DNA of 34,289 nt from a virus: positions 1 to 34,289 of IMG/VR virus record IMGVR_UViG_3300029913_000009; one strand, 5' to 3'. The notes under the pieces are model-generated. The model was not told the origin of the DNA. It searched no databases and worked only from the letters and a program-made list of their open reading frames with translations. A program made the translations under genes and the position numbers. Below, piece by piece: positions 9,101 through 17,237 of this stretch. The stretch's first letter is position 1; each line of letters begins with the position of its first letter.

Positions 9101-11986
9101 ATCCCACAGCGGCTCCTCGGCGCTGAGGTCATTCTGGTCAACTGAGAACATGTCTCCAGTTTCCTTGTTCCACGCATAGACAAAAATATCGGGTAGTTTG
9201 GCCAGTTGTTTCCAAACGGCACGGCCACCATCGGTCTGCTTATCGCCTGATACGATGGTTGGGCAGTGACCATTTTTAATCAACCACGCATACAGCTTAG
9301 CGGGTAATCCTAGCCCCAAATACCAGTTGTCAAAAGCGATAGCACCGATGCTGAAGTAATGCTCTTGCTGATCCATTTCACAGAACCCGGCATTCCTTTT
9401 ATTCACACTGTCGTACACCGCAAAGGTGGGTTCCTTTTCATCGTAATTTGCTTTGCTTATTTGATAGGAGCCCATCTTGCCAACGGGTGATGCGGGTTTT
9501 GGATCAAACTGGGATTGTGTGAAAAAGTCCCACCGTCTGGACATGACCCTGAACAAGCTCATTGGACTGCCAGTGTCTCGAATTCCATGATCCCACTTGT
9601 TGATGGCAGTCTTCGTCGCCTTGAAGTCGATGTAATAGCGGCCCTTGGACTTCTTCACTGGGTAACGTTGTGCCAACCGCTTCCATGCCTTGTGAGCATC
9701 CGGCTGCATATCGGTGCTAGACCATAGGCGGTCGGCACCCTGCTTCTTCGCTTCTTCAATCGCACGGTCGTAGAGCATCTGACCGAGGCCAGTTCCACGC
9801 CAGTCATCCTCAATAGAGACATCGAACACATAGTCCTTGCCGTTTTCCTTATCCAGTTCAATGTAACCAACCGGCAACGTGTGTTGAGAGTGCGGATTCG
9901 GGCGGCGGTCGGGTGTCCATGCTTCAATGACAAGCGTGTCGCCTCCTATCATCCTGCCGGGGCGCACTTCGAAAGTAATCTTGCTGAGGTCTTCCTCGCG
10001 GTCGTTGTATTTCTTGTAACCAAAATCAGGCATGGCGGTCTTCACATAGCCCCGCAACGGCTGCTTAATCAACGCATCAACCTGAGGTCGTCCTTCGAAT
10101 ACCTGCACTACTTCCAAATCTTCCGGCTTGCAAAGAAAGTTGGTGTAGGTTTCCCACGTATCCACAGCCGCAGCCCGAGGAGAGAAGTTTCCGTTCACAC
10201 CACCATCGGCGATGAGCCGGTTCAACCCATCTACTGTTTTCTTCATGGTTGCGTAGTGGCGGGTCGATTCAAAGTTCTTGATGCGACACTTTATGATGGC
10301 CGGTTCACCATTCAACCGGGAGTTCTTTACATCACGAGTGCTGTATTTGCCGAGAAGGTAGGCTTCGATTTGACGTGGGACTTCGCCACCGCCCCCTGCC
10401 CAACGACCGGCAACCCCACCACCCGGTGAGGTGCTGACTAAATGGGCTTCACCTTGATAGCTCCGTCTGGTCATTCCCAGCGTTTTGACCATCTTCTTGG
10501 GGATGTCGGCCTCGGTCATGTCGTATTTTGCCAGCACATCTTGTAGAATGGCATCGAACTCAAGCCCACGGAAACCCTCCTTGAGAATTAAGTTGGCTAT
10601 TTCTACTGTAGTTCCATGATAGACGATACCTGACAGAGCATCCTGCTGCAAGCTGTTCCATACATCCTGACCGTCAGTTGCAGCGGCGGTTTTCCTTCCC
10701 TGAGACTTCAAAGGAATGCGATACCGCCTTTGAGTGTCATCGTATTCTACGGGATAACGTTCACTGAGGCGCTTCCAAGCCCCAACTGCGTCTTTACTGA
10801 GGTTGTTGGGGGTTACGTCTGAATACAGATACTCTGCGCCCCGTTTCTTAGCCTGTGCAATAACGCGGTCGTACAGCATCTGACCTAAACCAGTGCCACG
10901 CCATTCCGGCTTGATATTAGAATGGGTAATCGCGTAGGAAAGTTCCTCTCTGTTCAAAAACAATTTCTCGGCGGTGACGTATCCCTGCGTCTTCTCCATG
11001 GATTTTTTGATGGGGTCGATTGCTTCGGCCTCAAGCAAATGAATGCCGTGGTCCGGCTCCTGAATGCGGAGTTTTTTCAAGTCTTTTTCACGATCATTGA
11101 ACTTTGTGTAGTTGAAGTCAGGACTGGCAACTTTAGACGTAGTTTTATGCTTCGCTATCCTCGGGGGTTTAAGCTTGAACTGTTGCAAAATGTCTTCACC
11201 ACTATCCCATAGTTCCTTGAGTCTGGACTTCTGCTCGTCCGTTCTTGGCATGGAGGAACCATGATACTTAATCATAGGAGCCCCATACTTCATTAGGATG
11301 GGGTCAGTGCTCATGAACAACCGCTTGGGATAAGTCATCTTTCCATCAGCACATTGGCCGAGGTATTCTTTCTGCTTAGGGCTCAAGCGAAGCGAGATTT
11401 GCCAACCCAAAGTGCTTCCACTGCTGTCGGCAGAGATGAGAACGTAAAAAGGACGGAGGTTAGTATCGTCAGTTACTGTGTCTTGGTCAGATGTTTTTGT
11501 AACAAAATTGGCACCGTACTTGGCATTAAAACGTTGAGCTATTGCCATCCACTTAGGACCGTGACCACCGTCACCACGATGAATACCACGCATCATTTTG
11601 TATGTATGAAACCCGTACTTCTTCAGGTCGGCAACTTCATTAACAAGGAAATCCTCTGAGTGGGCCAACTCATGAGCCAAAATCCTACGAAGTGTACGTT
11701 CATCTCCCGTTACTCGTTTTTGAATTTCAATCTCAGTGTTATCCCACCAGAAAGGCTTCCCTTCTTTTAGACCATATTGCCAATGACATAGACCGAGGGT
11801 GTTGCCTTGACTGTTGTTTATTTTTATCTTGGGTCTAGGGAGCCCCGGAGCTAGTACGGTCATCATCTCATTGATGATAGCGTCTATCTTACTTAAAACT
11901 TCAAAGTTTTGGTTTGCGGCTGTTTTGAACGCAGTAGTGCCCGTCACTTGTGCCGCATCTGTTTTTTGAAGGAGTTCGTTCCGCAT
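6038..11986 (-). CDS. Giant polyvalent protein (1982 aa from ATG 11986; TTG at 11992 also possible). Domain order: SprT-like zincin, GNAT, ART-like, GNAT, GNAT-like, ASIKTNI tandem repeat, ParB-N, HExxH zincin, C4 Zn-ribbon, ART (H-Y-E), truncated C-terminal ART.
   Basis: Single 5.95-kb ORF. Motifs: 'RILAHELAHSEDF...GGHGPKW' (SprT); 'WRGTGLGQMLYDR[VA]I..AKK.GA' twice (GNAT); 'ITLRYFKDTNTALVIEGNHRIAQAQMAGLTEVP' (ParB-N); 'LTAHETTHIMQSE' (HExxH); 'VYHGTDSKSAEDIRKRGVDI...GYFGTAFYTA...GGVVLEFEII' (ART); 'CGSHECPICTCPECNPG'. The architecture matches phage/conjugative-element polyvalent proteins. Confidence 0.85.
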   Translation of the reverse strand: MRNELLQKTDAAQVTGTTAFKTAANQNFEVLSKIDAIINEMMTVLAPGLPRPKIKINNSQGNTLGLCHWQYGLKEGKPFWWDNTEIEIQKRVTGDERTLRRILAHELAHSEDFLVNEVADLKKYGFHTYKMMRGIHRGDGGHGPKWMAIAQRFNAKYGANFVTKTSDQDTVTDDTNLRPFYVLISADSSGSTLGWQISLRLSPKQKEYLGQCADGKMTYPKRLFMSTDPILMKYGAPMIKYHGSSMPRTDEQKSRLKELWDSGEDILQQFKLKPPRIAKHKTTSKVASPDFNYTKFNDREKDLKKLRIQEPDHGIHLLEAEAIDPIKKSMEKTQGYVTAEKLFLNREELSYAITHSNIKPEWRGTGLGQMLYDRVIAQAKKRGAEYLYSDVTPNNLSKDAVGAWKRLSERYPVEYDDTQRRYRIPLKSQGRKTAAATDGQDVWNSLQQDALSGIVYHGTTVEIANLILKEGFRGLEFDAILQDVLAKYDMTEADIPKKMVKTLGMTRRSYQGEAHLVSTSPGGGVAGRWAGGGGEVPRQIEAYLLGKYSTRDVKNSRLNGEPAIIKCRIKNFESTRHYATMKKTVDGLNRLIADGGVNGNFSPRAAAVDTWETYTNFLCKPEDLEVVQVFEGRPQVDALIKQPLRGYVKTAMPDFGYKKYNDREEDLSKITFEVRPGRMIGGDTLVIEAWTPDRRPNPHSQHTLPVGYIELDKENGKDYVFDVSIEDDWRGTGLGQMLYDRAIEEAKKQGADRLWSSTDMQPDAHKAWKRLAQRYPVKKSKGRYYIDFKATKTAINKWDHGIRDTGSPMSLFRVMSRRWDFFTQSQFDPKPASPVGKMGSYQISKANYDEKEPTFAVYDSVNKRNAGFCEMDQQEHYFSIGAIAFDNWYLGLGLPAKLYAWLIKNGHCPTIVSGDKQTDGGRAVWKQLAKLPDIFVYAWNKETGDMFSVDQNDLSAEEPLWDDDNDDTVELLRQEMREGVTRERAMEIAQELVDIEDDKMKYAKNTVLVAVKSEDKTASIQHFASIKTNIASIKTNIASINTSIKTSSVKEAYARGEDESTKWETMMESDKYKDWLPQAYARELSEPWVEYVPISQLLPLREYHWSPKDNRHGEDAFHDSVEDIKRHGIRSPITLRYFKDTNTALVIEGNHRIAQAQMAGLTEVPARVTIATYKRDQYGTDIGGHTGGPVRGMLNPNERIFYDFIPPSAIGLSGKKVKTAAVENERDKKFDELASDQRGEPEKAMLRCQMHPLGAGIGTHALEHCGDITNRMAQHFTYFQGQYGIVKDKVDKCLYWLTNEYGFEREVRENMQNNYRAQVEDNNPKLKGRSYEELAKEFFKLWEAYGNAHSRLTVYNRAQRYAKFAAVALGHRNFSEAIIYLKSLKRILDMGEAEYIKEAGLYVPSGVTKEAGVKDVLKGLGVALLSGALGTALVSKHTTTPPSNPHDKELNQVGHDMIKRLPQTIQSRIGDPNTITFKAGVPSTREGGGDEICQVEQGTRVVYVNPKYIDMFLHTEIADQLTAHETTHIMQSEIDPQGNRFPKTNEADPYGKMKDPNTIVQTLKDLRLKSDRMWNHSREEQAAIVQQYEALVDMLKSAKDPAQKKDIEQKIKVFEPYIADYNQLKVGAKKTIDIPQIRAILKTLREEDGEGQCHTMADILENKFGWEKASGFYLYPTPDKGHNGHGDHSWNVMKDGTIIDGTHDQFGPPDILVVPPGAAIQKKYHAYCGSHECPICTCPECNPGFAEEVNKTASILKGTHVYHGTDSKSAEDIRKRGVDITKCSPGYFGTAFYTALDPDLAKSNYADFSDDEEGGVVLEFEIIGGHILDLKESDDWDEYAALKVRPDANPNFPKMMVQKGVDGLADESFGGVCFYNPRCLKLVGVMKFGSHKQTPMSDTTFPNMDKNDGEGSNAYALQPERVEGNSLMPSLEAMVPGAKLGKEVYHGTPFHFDSFDTDRINTGEGNQTYGWGTVLRGKPRCC
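6503..6709 (-). other. ART (H-Y-E type) domain of the polyvalent protein.
   Basis: 'VYHGT' ... 'GYFGTAFYTA' ... 'VVLEFEII'. Confidence 0.6.
7193..7675 (-). other. Second HExxH zincin-like region of the polyvalent protein ('LTAHETTHIMQSEIDP').
   Basis: HExxH with a downstream Glu. The family is uncertain. Confidence 0.4.
8453..8710 (-). other. ParB N-terminal (ParB/Srx-fold nuclease/NTPase-like) domain of the polyvalent protein.
   Basis: 'LVIEGNHRIAQAQMAGLTEVPARV', a G-x-H-R ... G...VP motif. Confidence 0.7.
8851..8927. repeat. In-frame 21-nt tandem repeat 'ttaattgacgcgatgttggtc'. Two perfect copies plus two degenerate flanking copies. Encodes (ASIKTNI)n in the polyvalent protein.
   Basis: Read directly in the sequence at 8851..8927. 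Protein: 'FASIKTNIASIKTNIASINTSIKTS'. Confidence 0.9.
9623..10030 (-). other. GNAT acetyltransferase domain 2 (internal duplicate of domain 1).
   Basis: 'WRGTGLGQMLYDRAIEEAKKQGADRLW'. At the DNA level it is similar but diverged from domain 1 (10868..10906 against 9760..9802). Confidence 0.7.
10253..10630 (-). other. ART-like module inside the polyvalent protein ('IVYHGTTVEIANLILKEGFRG ... GRWAGGGGE ... NGEPAIIKCRIKNFE').
   Basis: H-G-T strand, Gly-rich aromatic segment and a trailing acidic strand, as in the other modules. Confidence 0.45.
10718..11110 (-). other. GNAT acetyltransferase domain 1 of the polyvalent protein.
   Basis: 'WRGTGLGQMLYDRVIAQAKKRGAEYLY', the acetyl-CoA-binding motif A (R/Q-x-x-G-x-G/A). 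Confidence 0.7.
11498..11815 (-). other. SprT-like zincin domain within the polyvalent protein (HELAH at ~11660..11674).
   Basis: 'HELAH' followed by 'GHGPKW' downstream, the SprT/DUF45 pattern. Confidence 0.6.
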
Positions 11987-12018
11987 CCGCAATCCTGCCT
12001 ATATAAGAAAGCGGTAGT

Positions 12019-12336
12019 CTAAAGGACTAAATCCCGTATTTCCTTGAACCCCAACAGCCTCTGGCGTTCTATGTCGAAAGCTTTACCATGCCGGTGACCG
12101 CACTTGATGTGGATCATTTCGTGGATTAAGGTGACTTTGGAGATAGCTCTCCACCCCCCAACGAAAGGGTTGATTCGGATTCTCCATATCTTTTCTTCTT
12201 CCAGATATAAACAGTCACCGAAGGTGGCTCCCCCTAATGGCTCCCACCAAACCACAGCGTCAGGTAGTTCTCCACCAAAGTATAGTTTGTTGAACTTGAT
12301 ATAGTATCTCTTAAGCTGGCGGTCGGATTTTAGCAT
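12019..12336 (-). CDS. Free-standing SprT-like zinc metalloprotease (105 aa from ATG 12336; GTG at 12342 listed).
   Basis: 'LYFGGELPDAVVWWEPLGGATFGDC...TLIHEMIHIKCGHRHGKAF'. SD GGGAGG 9 nt upstream of the ATG. Confidence 0.6.
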   Translation of the reverse strand: MLKSDRQLKRYYIKFNKLYFGGELPDAVVWWEPLGGATFGDCLYLEEEKIWRIRINPFVGGWRAISKVTLIHEMIHIKCGHRHGKAFDIERQRLLGFKEIRDLVL

Positions 12337-12363
12337 TTCCACAGCCTCCCGGAGCCCGAGGCT

Positions 12364-12903
12364 CTACTTGAAGGAGACGGTAGTCATCGACTGAAGAGCT
12401 TTTAGATAAGTAAGACCAGCAGTTTTTACAGTGGTACTGCTGTTTTTAGGCGTCCTACCCTGCTCTTCCTGATGCGCCTCAATCGTGTCGAAGGCATAAT
12501 CGAAGGGGACTTCAGAGATGTCACCCACGCGGTCGTCATCCCAGCCGGTTGGATAATGGGCGAGGTACATTTCTAAAGCTGAATCCAAATTCGGGAAACC
12601 CAACATAATCTTGTACTCATCTAGCTTCCCCTTTGCATCCAACTGCTCTATCACAAACACCTTGTCCGACGCCTCATCTTCGCCAATATAAACATCCAGA
12701 CCCTCCCCGTCCCTGCCGTTAACGTCGGAGACGTAGCCATAATCGCATTGCATGGTCCTCTTCCAAGGCTTGCCCTGTTCATCCTTGCCTGTACGTACTG
12801 AATTTTTTGGCCATTCGATTACAATGGGAATGCCTCGGTACTCAGTGGAGTGCCGCTGAGACAATTTTTCAGCTATGCGAAGAAACTTGGATTCAAAATT
12901 CAT
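12364..12903 (-). CDS. ppa: Inorganic pyrophosphatase (family I) homolog, 179 aa.
   Basis: 'VIEWPKNS' against E. coli PPase 'VIEIPANA'. 'DYGYVSDVNGRDGEGLDVYI' against '[20 protein letters not shown]'. 'DAKGKLDEYKIMLG' against 'DEAGEDAKLVAV'. The size matches. Confidence 0.55.
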   Translation of the reverse strand: MNFESKFLRIAEKLSQRHSTEYRGIPIVIEWPKNSVRTGKDEQGKPWKRTMQCDYGYVSDVNGRDGEGLDVYIGEDEASDKVFVIEQLDAKGKLDEYKIMLGFPNLDSALEMYLAHYPTGWDDDRVGDISEVPFDYAFDTIEAHQEEQGRTPKNSSTTVKTAGLTYLKALQSMTTVSFK

Positions 12904-13058
12904 ATAGCCCCTTGGTGTTTAGCTATTCTTATCCTATAGATGAATCTCAAATGTGGAAAATTCCGATTTCCTAGTATTACTAACTCAGTCCATGCATTAC
13001 ATTTGATACTACTGGACTTACTTATAGAACCGCGCACACTGATTACCATTGTACGCGC
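12904..13058. promoter_or_regulatory. AT-rich divergent intergenic region between the minus-strand PPase gene and the plus-strand islet. Likely carries divergent promoters.
   Basis: 155-nt non-coding AT-rich gap with divergent gene starts. No convincing sigma70 -35/-10 pair could be fixed by eye. Confidence 0.3.
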
Positions 13059-14690
13059 ATGGTTGGAGGAGACCGCTTGAGCGTTAAAAAGAAGAAGCCA
13101 GCAACACCCCCGGAGAAGTCCCCATTAACGCTTTCTCCACCGTCTAAAGAAGACATAGTAGCCGACGCGCAGCGAGTCGCTAAGTTGTTGCCTGAGGGAG
13201 AAGAACTAACCCGAGGATTCTATCGTAATCACAGGAACAAGCAGCTTATTAGAGAAAAGGATGTAGAGTGGCATTTTCCTAAGTTTGGCGGTCTTGTTCT
13301 GGCTGCGGGTTTGAAGGCGACAACGCAACAAGTAGAAGAGAACCCCTCTCAAACCATCACGGATGAGGAGCAAGACCTTATCTACGATAAGGACTATGTT
13401 TACAACAAGGAGACGGACACATATATCACCCCCCTTCCTCGCACCCTTGGTGGGAAAAGCGTTATCCTTGCGGGAGAGATTCATCGTGCGATGTTGAAAG
13501 CCTACTCTAACTGGGATGGAGCGTCCGAGACCATCAATGAAATTTGTCGTCGGTTTAAATTCCGTCGCGATTGGTTCATGGAGTATAAGGCTCTGCATGG
13601 ATGGACCCATGATAAAGAGCCCTTCACCAACGAGGAGCTAATCACTCGTGATGTGGATGATATGGCGGATGACGCGGTTCAACAACTTCGTCTGAAGGTA
13701 TTCAACTCCTATCAGAAAAAAGTTTGGCAAGCAACCATTACCGATGCGAAGAAGTGGAACCATTTTGAGCAGTCAGTTTTACTCCCTCTGAGCGAACAGA
13801 TTAAGCAAACGCTGTCAGACTATAAACCGCCAATGCTTACTCTTCCAAAAAGTGATGAGCCCTACGCTCTTGTGGTAGCCCCTTTCGACTTGCACTTCGG
13901 TAAGTATGGTTGGATGGATGAAACCGGACAAGGATACAGCCGCTCTGAAGCACGTGATTTGCTTATGGACAAAACCAATGAGTTGGCAAAGTATGTTGCC
14001 AAACTGGGTCGTCCTGAATTGGTCGTAGTGGCTTCTGGGTCAGACTGGTTTCATATTGACAATCAATGGAATACCACAACACGTGGTACACCACAAGACA
14101 CTGATGGAACACCTTCACAGATTTTGATGGAGGGGTGTCAATTGGCCTACGACCACATCGAAATGCTTCGACAGCTTGCTCCCATCAAATACCTCAATGT
14201 CCCCGGCAATCATGATTACAACAACGCCATCAGTATGATGATGTTTTTGCTTGGCAAATACACGGGGGCCAAAGATGTGGAAATTATTCAGTCTCCACAG
14301 AAGCGGCAGTATGTAGGGTACGGTAACTCCCTTCTTGGCTTCGGCCATGGGGATTGCGTGGCCCCGAAAGACATGATGTCGGCTATGGTAAAAGAGGCGA
14401 AGGATTTGTTCACTCACAGCGAGTTTCAATACTTCTTCTCAGGGCATCTACACCACGAGATTGCTCGGGAGATTGGAGGACTGACCCACTACCAACTGAA
14501 GAGTTTGTCAGGGTTAGATCGTTACCATTCAAAGCATGGCTACATTACTTCAGGTCGTGCGTTACAGTCCTTTGTGGTCAGTCGTACAAGTGGTGTTACG
14601 CTTCAGATTAACTGCAACGTCATTGGAGACACGCTGTTCGGGGTGAAGGAACGAAACGTTAACACCAAATCGAAAGCGAGGCATTACTAA
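13059..14690 (+). CDS. 543-aa protein with a C-terminal calcineurin-like metallophosphoesterase domain (SbcD/Mre11-like motif set). N-terminal ~250 aa unknown.
   Basis: 'VVAPFDLHFG', 'GSDWFHIDN', 'NVPGNHDYNN', 'GFGHGD', 'FSGHLHHE'. Confidence 0.65.
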   Translation: MVGGDRLSVKKKKPATPPEKSPLTLSPPSKEDIVADAQRVAKLLPEGEELTRGFYRNHRNKQLIREKDVEWHFPKFGGLVLAAGLKATTQQVEENPSQTITDEEQDLIYDKDYVYNKETDTYITPLPRTLGGKSVILAGEIHRAMLKAYSNWDGASETINEICRRFKFRRDWFMEYKALHGWTHDKEPFTNEELITRDVDDMADDAVQQLRLKVFNSYQKKVWQATITDAKKWNHFEQSVLLPLSEQIKQTLSDYKPPMLTLPKSDEPYALVVAPFDLHFGKYGWMDETGQGYSRSEARDLLMDKTNELAKYVAKLGRPELVVVASGSDWFHIDNQWNTTTRGTPQDTDGTPSQILMEGCQLAYDHIEMLRQLAPIKYLNVPGNHDYNNAISMMMFLLGKYTGAKDVEIIQSPQKRQYVGYGNSLLGFGHGDCVAPKDMMSAMVKEAKDLFTHSEFQYFFSGHLHHEIAREIGGLTHYQLKSLSGLDRYHSKHGYITSGRALQSFVVSRTSGVTLQINCNVIGDTLFGVKERNVNTKSKARHY

Positions 14691-15148
14691 TGCTGACCAT
14701 AACCAAAGGATACAAGCCAGAAGATATTGACAGTATCCATAACCTAGAGAACGCTTGCTTCAGCCGACCATATCGTTGGAGCAAGCAAGACCTAACCTCC
14801 TCTCTGGAGACGGTCAACACACATGTTTGGGTCGGGGTGTACGATAGCAAAGTGGTGGGGTATGTGCTTGTTGAGATAGATAAAGACGAAACCACCGGGC
14901 ATGTTGTTTCATTATGCGTTGACCCATCATGTCAACAACAGGGATTCGGTAAGTTGTTGATGGAGGAGGCAGAGACCTCCCTTAAAAAGCTGGGTGTAAG
15001 GAAAATGAGACTTGAGGTACAAGTGGACAACCCCGCTCAAGTTTTATATTTCAAGCTGGGGTATCGAGTGGTCGGAGTCACACAGAAGTATTACTCCAAC
15101 GGCACCGCTGGTATCACGATGGTTAAGCCTTTGAAGCGCCGGTCTTAG
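14690..15148 (+). CDS. GNAT family N-acetyltransferase (RimI-like), 152 aa.
   Basis: 'GYVLVEIDKDETTGHVVSLCVDPSCQQQGFGKLLMEEAE...LEVQVDNPAQVLYFKLGY'. ATG overlaps the upstream stop (TAATG). Confidence 0.8.
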   Translation: MLTITKGYKPEDIDSIHNLENACFSRPYRWSKQDLTSSLETVNTHVWVGVYDSKVVGYVLVEIDKDETTGHVVSLCVDPSCQQQGFGKLLMEEAETSLKKLGVRKMRLEVQVDNPAQVLYFKLGYRVVGVTQKYYSNGTAGITMVKPLKRRS

Positions 15149-15254
15149 CGTCTTCATTTTACTCTCGGGCCTCGGAAGGATGACACGTTATCAAAACCGT
15201 GACCTTCAAGTACGTGGCTCCCTACTAAGGAACCACGTAGTTCAGTCTTTGGGA

Positions 15255-15941
15255 CTAATCCCACAATGAAGAATAGTGGCGAACAAAGAGCAGCATCCCC
15301 TCTTCGAAAATTTTACGGTCACGGTCTGCAAGGGCTTGAGATGCCTTGAAACGGTCGTGCTTGACCTTCTCCCACGCCTCAGCAGATACCCCGGACGGCC
15401 TGTCCATGGGGTACGGACCGAGTTCCTCTTCGTAGAGTCCGGAGTTGATGTGACGGTCAGCCTCAAAGGCTGCAATCATCTTGTCAATAATCGCGTCCCA
15501 ACGGGCTGAGGCGCGTTCCATGCCCTCTTCCGAGGGGTTACCCCGCCAATCCCCCTCAGAGATGCAGTCCTCGGGCTCAAAGACGCTGCTAGGCACACCC
15601 TGCTTGTCCTTCTTCAGCTTGCGAAGGGCATCAGGCATCCAACTGCTGAGATAGTGGTCGAGACTCCAGATGTCACGGTCAGACCAGCCGCGACGGCCAC
15701 GCTGAATGAAGCACTTCACGGCGTAATAAGCCTCACGCGGGTTACCCCACGGAGAGTATTTGAAGAAGCGGTAGAAGACGTAGTAGAGGTCTACGAGGCG
15801 GGAACGACGATTGTGATCGTCGATGTTGAAAATCTGAAAATCCCAAAACATGCGGCATTCAGACGCAAGGGTGAATCCTTCTTCAGTCTTCTTGCGAAGA
15901 CGAAGGAACACCAGTACCTTGTGAAAGATAGAGTTGAGCAT
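15255..15941 (-). CDS. Hypothetical protein, 228 aa.
   Basis: ATG verified at 15941. Protein-like composition. No recognisable motif. Confidence 0.5.
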   Translation of the reverse strand: MLNSIFHKVLVFLRLRKKTEEGFTLASECRMFWDFQIFNIDDHNRRSRLVDLYYVFYRFFKYSPWGNPREAYYAVKCFIQRGRRGWSDRDIWSLDHYLSSWMPDALRKLKKDKQGVPSSVFEPEDCISEGDWRGNPSEEGMERASARWDAIIDKMIAAFEADRHINSGLYEEELGPYPMDRPSGVSAEAWEKVKHDRFKASQALADRDRKIFEEGMLLFVRHYSSLWD

Positions 15942-16127
15942 TCGAGTTGTGTCCTTCCTTACTTAGTGATTACACAATCGCATTACTCTTCTCCTTTGTA
16001 CAGCGGCAGTGGCACTACTATAGAATACCCAAAGTTCAAGAAAATACAACAGAAAAATTTGAGGGCGAGGCAACTGGGACAATCCCGCAGTGCTTCTCAC
16101 CCTCAGAGAATGAATAAGGGGTATAAA

Positions 16128-17237
16128 TTAAGCGGTCAGGTAGGAAACCCATAACCGTTTGCTGTCCTCACAGAAATGACGTAATCCCCGGAGGTTCAGC
16201 ACTTTCATGGCGAGTTTCAATCGCCAGTCGTTGGCCTTTAACAGTTTGAGAAGAATATCCTCACTACTGGTCGGTTCTGCCTGACACCATGATGTCGCCC
16301 ATGTAATTTCGGGTGACACCACAATCGGTAGCCCAGTTACCACACAATCAGCGGCCACGATATTAAATGTCTCAGAGAAAGATACCTGCATTGCCACATC
16401 CATCAGCTTCAACAGCTTCAGGAACTCCTCGTGGGGCATCCACGGGTGCTTAATGAGTTCATGCGGGGTGGCTTCGAACAGTGCCTCAAGATTTCTCAGC
16501 ACACTTTCACCCTGCGTTTCAACTCGGGTTGCATTGGTATGAAACCGCAGTATCTTCCCTTCCAAATCGGCGTACTTGATAGCAGCCACAGCTTGAATCA
16601 ATTGATTCTTCAAAGGCCGAATGGCACCGAAGCACGCTATGTCAACAAATGTGGATTCAAGCTTCTTCTTAACAGCCGGAACCTTCAGGTTATAAGGGTA
16701 GTAGTTGGGGAGATAGGGCACCTTCTCAACTACCTTGGCTTGTGACCAAGTTGGATTCGCAGCCTTTACAATGGCTCTAATGTCCCGGACTGAGTTCTCC
16801 GAGTTGGCTGCAAACTTAACGTTTGTGTATTGGACGTACTTAGTGAGCCAGTTGATTGCCACACCTTCTTGTGCTAGGAATGGAAGTTCGCTGTGACTAC
16901 GTACGATCCACTGGACATCGGGATGCAGACGTTGAAGGACTTCGAACTTGCTGGGTACAACCCAAAGCGCCTCGACAATAACGTGCGTTGGGTTGTAGTT
17001 TGTCACTTCACGGTCGATGTCATTGTTATCAATTACCTGCACCAGATGTACGTCGATATGGATGCTCTCCAACATATCAACAATAAATCGGGCAGAATTT
17101 AGCAAGCCACTGGATAGCTCTTTCTTAGCCCCCACTGTAGCCTCATCTTGCGGACTCCAGCAATTGCTATAACTACCTCCAGAAGATTCGCGAAATTTTA
17201 GGACGAATAGGACTCTCGGATTCACGGTGCGCCTCAT
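16128..17237 (-). CDS. GT-B fold glycosyltransferase (GT4-like), ~369 aa from ATG 17237.
   Basis: N-terminal 'RVLFVLKFRESSGG'. C-terminal 'ETFNIVAADCVVTGLPIVVS' resembles the GT4 E-x7-E motif 'E.FG.V.LEAMA.G.PVV'. Confidence 0.5.
   Translation of the reverse strand: MRRTVNPRVLFVLKFRESSGGSYSNCWSPQDEATVGAKKELSSGLLNSARFIVDMLESIHIDVHLVQVIDNNDIDREVTNYNPTHVIVEALWVVPSKFEVLQRLHPDVQWIVRSHSELPFLAQEGVAINWLTKYVQYTNVKFAANSENSVRDIRAIVKAANPTWSQAKVVEKVPYLPNYYPYNLKVPAVKKKLESTFVDIACFGAIRPLKNQLIQAVAAIKYADLEGKILRFHTNATRVETQGESVLRNLEALFEATPHELIKHPWMPHEEFLKLLKLMDVAMQVSFSETFNIVAADCVVTGLPIVVSPEITWATSWCQAEPTSSEDILLKLLKANDWRLKLAMKVLNLRGLRHFCEDSKRLWVSYLTA

Noticed and set aside
9881-10429. 182-aa plus-strand ORF and other plus-strand ORFs inside 6038..11992.
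   Set aside because: Antisense to the 5.95-kb polyvalent gene with clear domain content. Low-complexity products.
12343-12363. GC-rich hairpin AGCCTC-(9 nt)-GAGGCT between the PPase stop and the SprT-like start.
   Set aside because: The right arm is the SD (GGGAGG) of the downstream gene. Possibly translational coupling, but too small to call a terminator.
15211-15239. Inverted repeat TACGTGG-(15 nt)-CCACGTA between the convergent genes at 15148 and 15255, as a possible bidirectional terminator.
   Set aside because: Short 7-bp stem with a 15-nt loop and no flanking T-tract. Weak; could be fortuitous.
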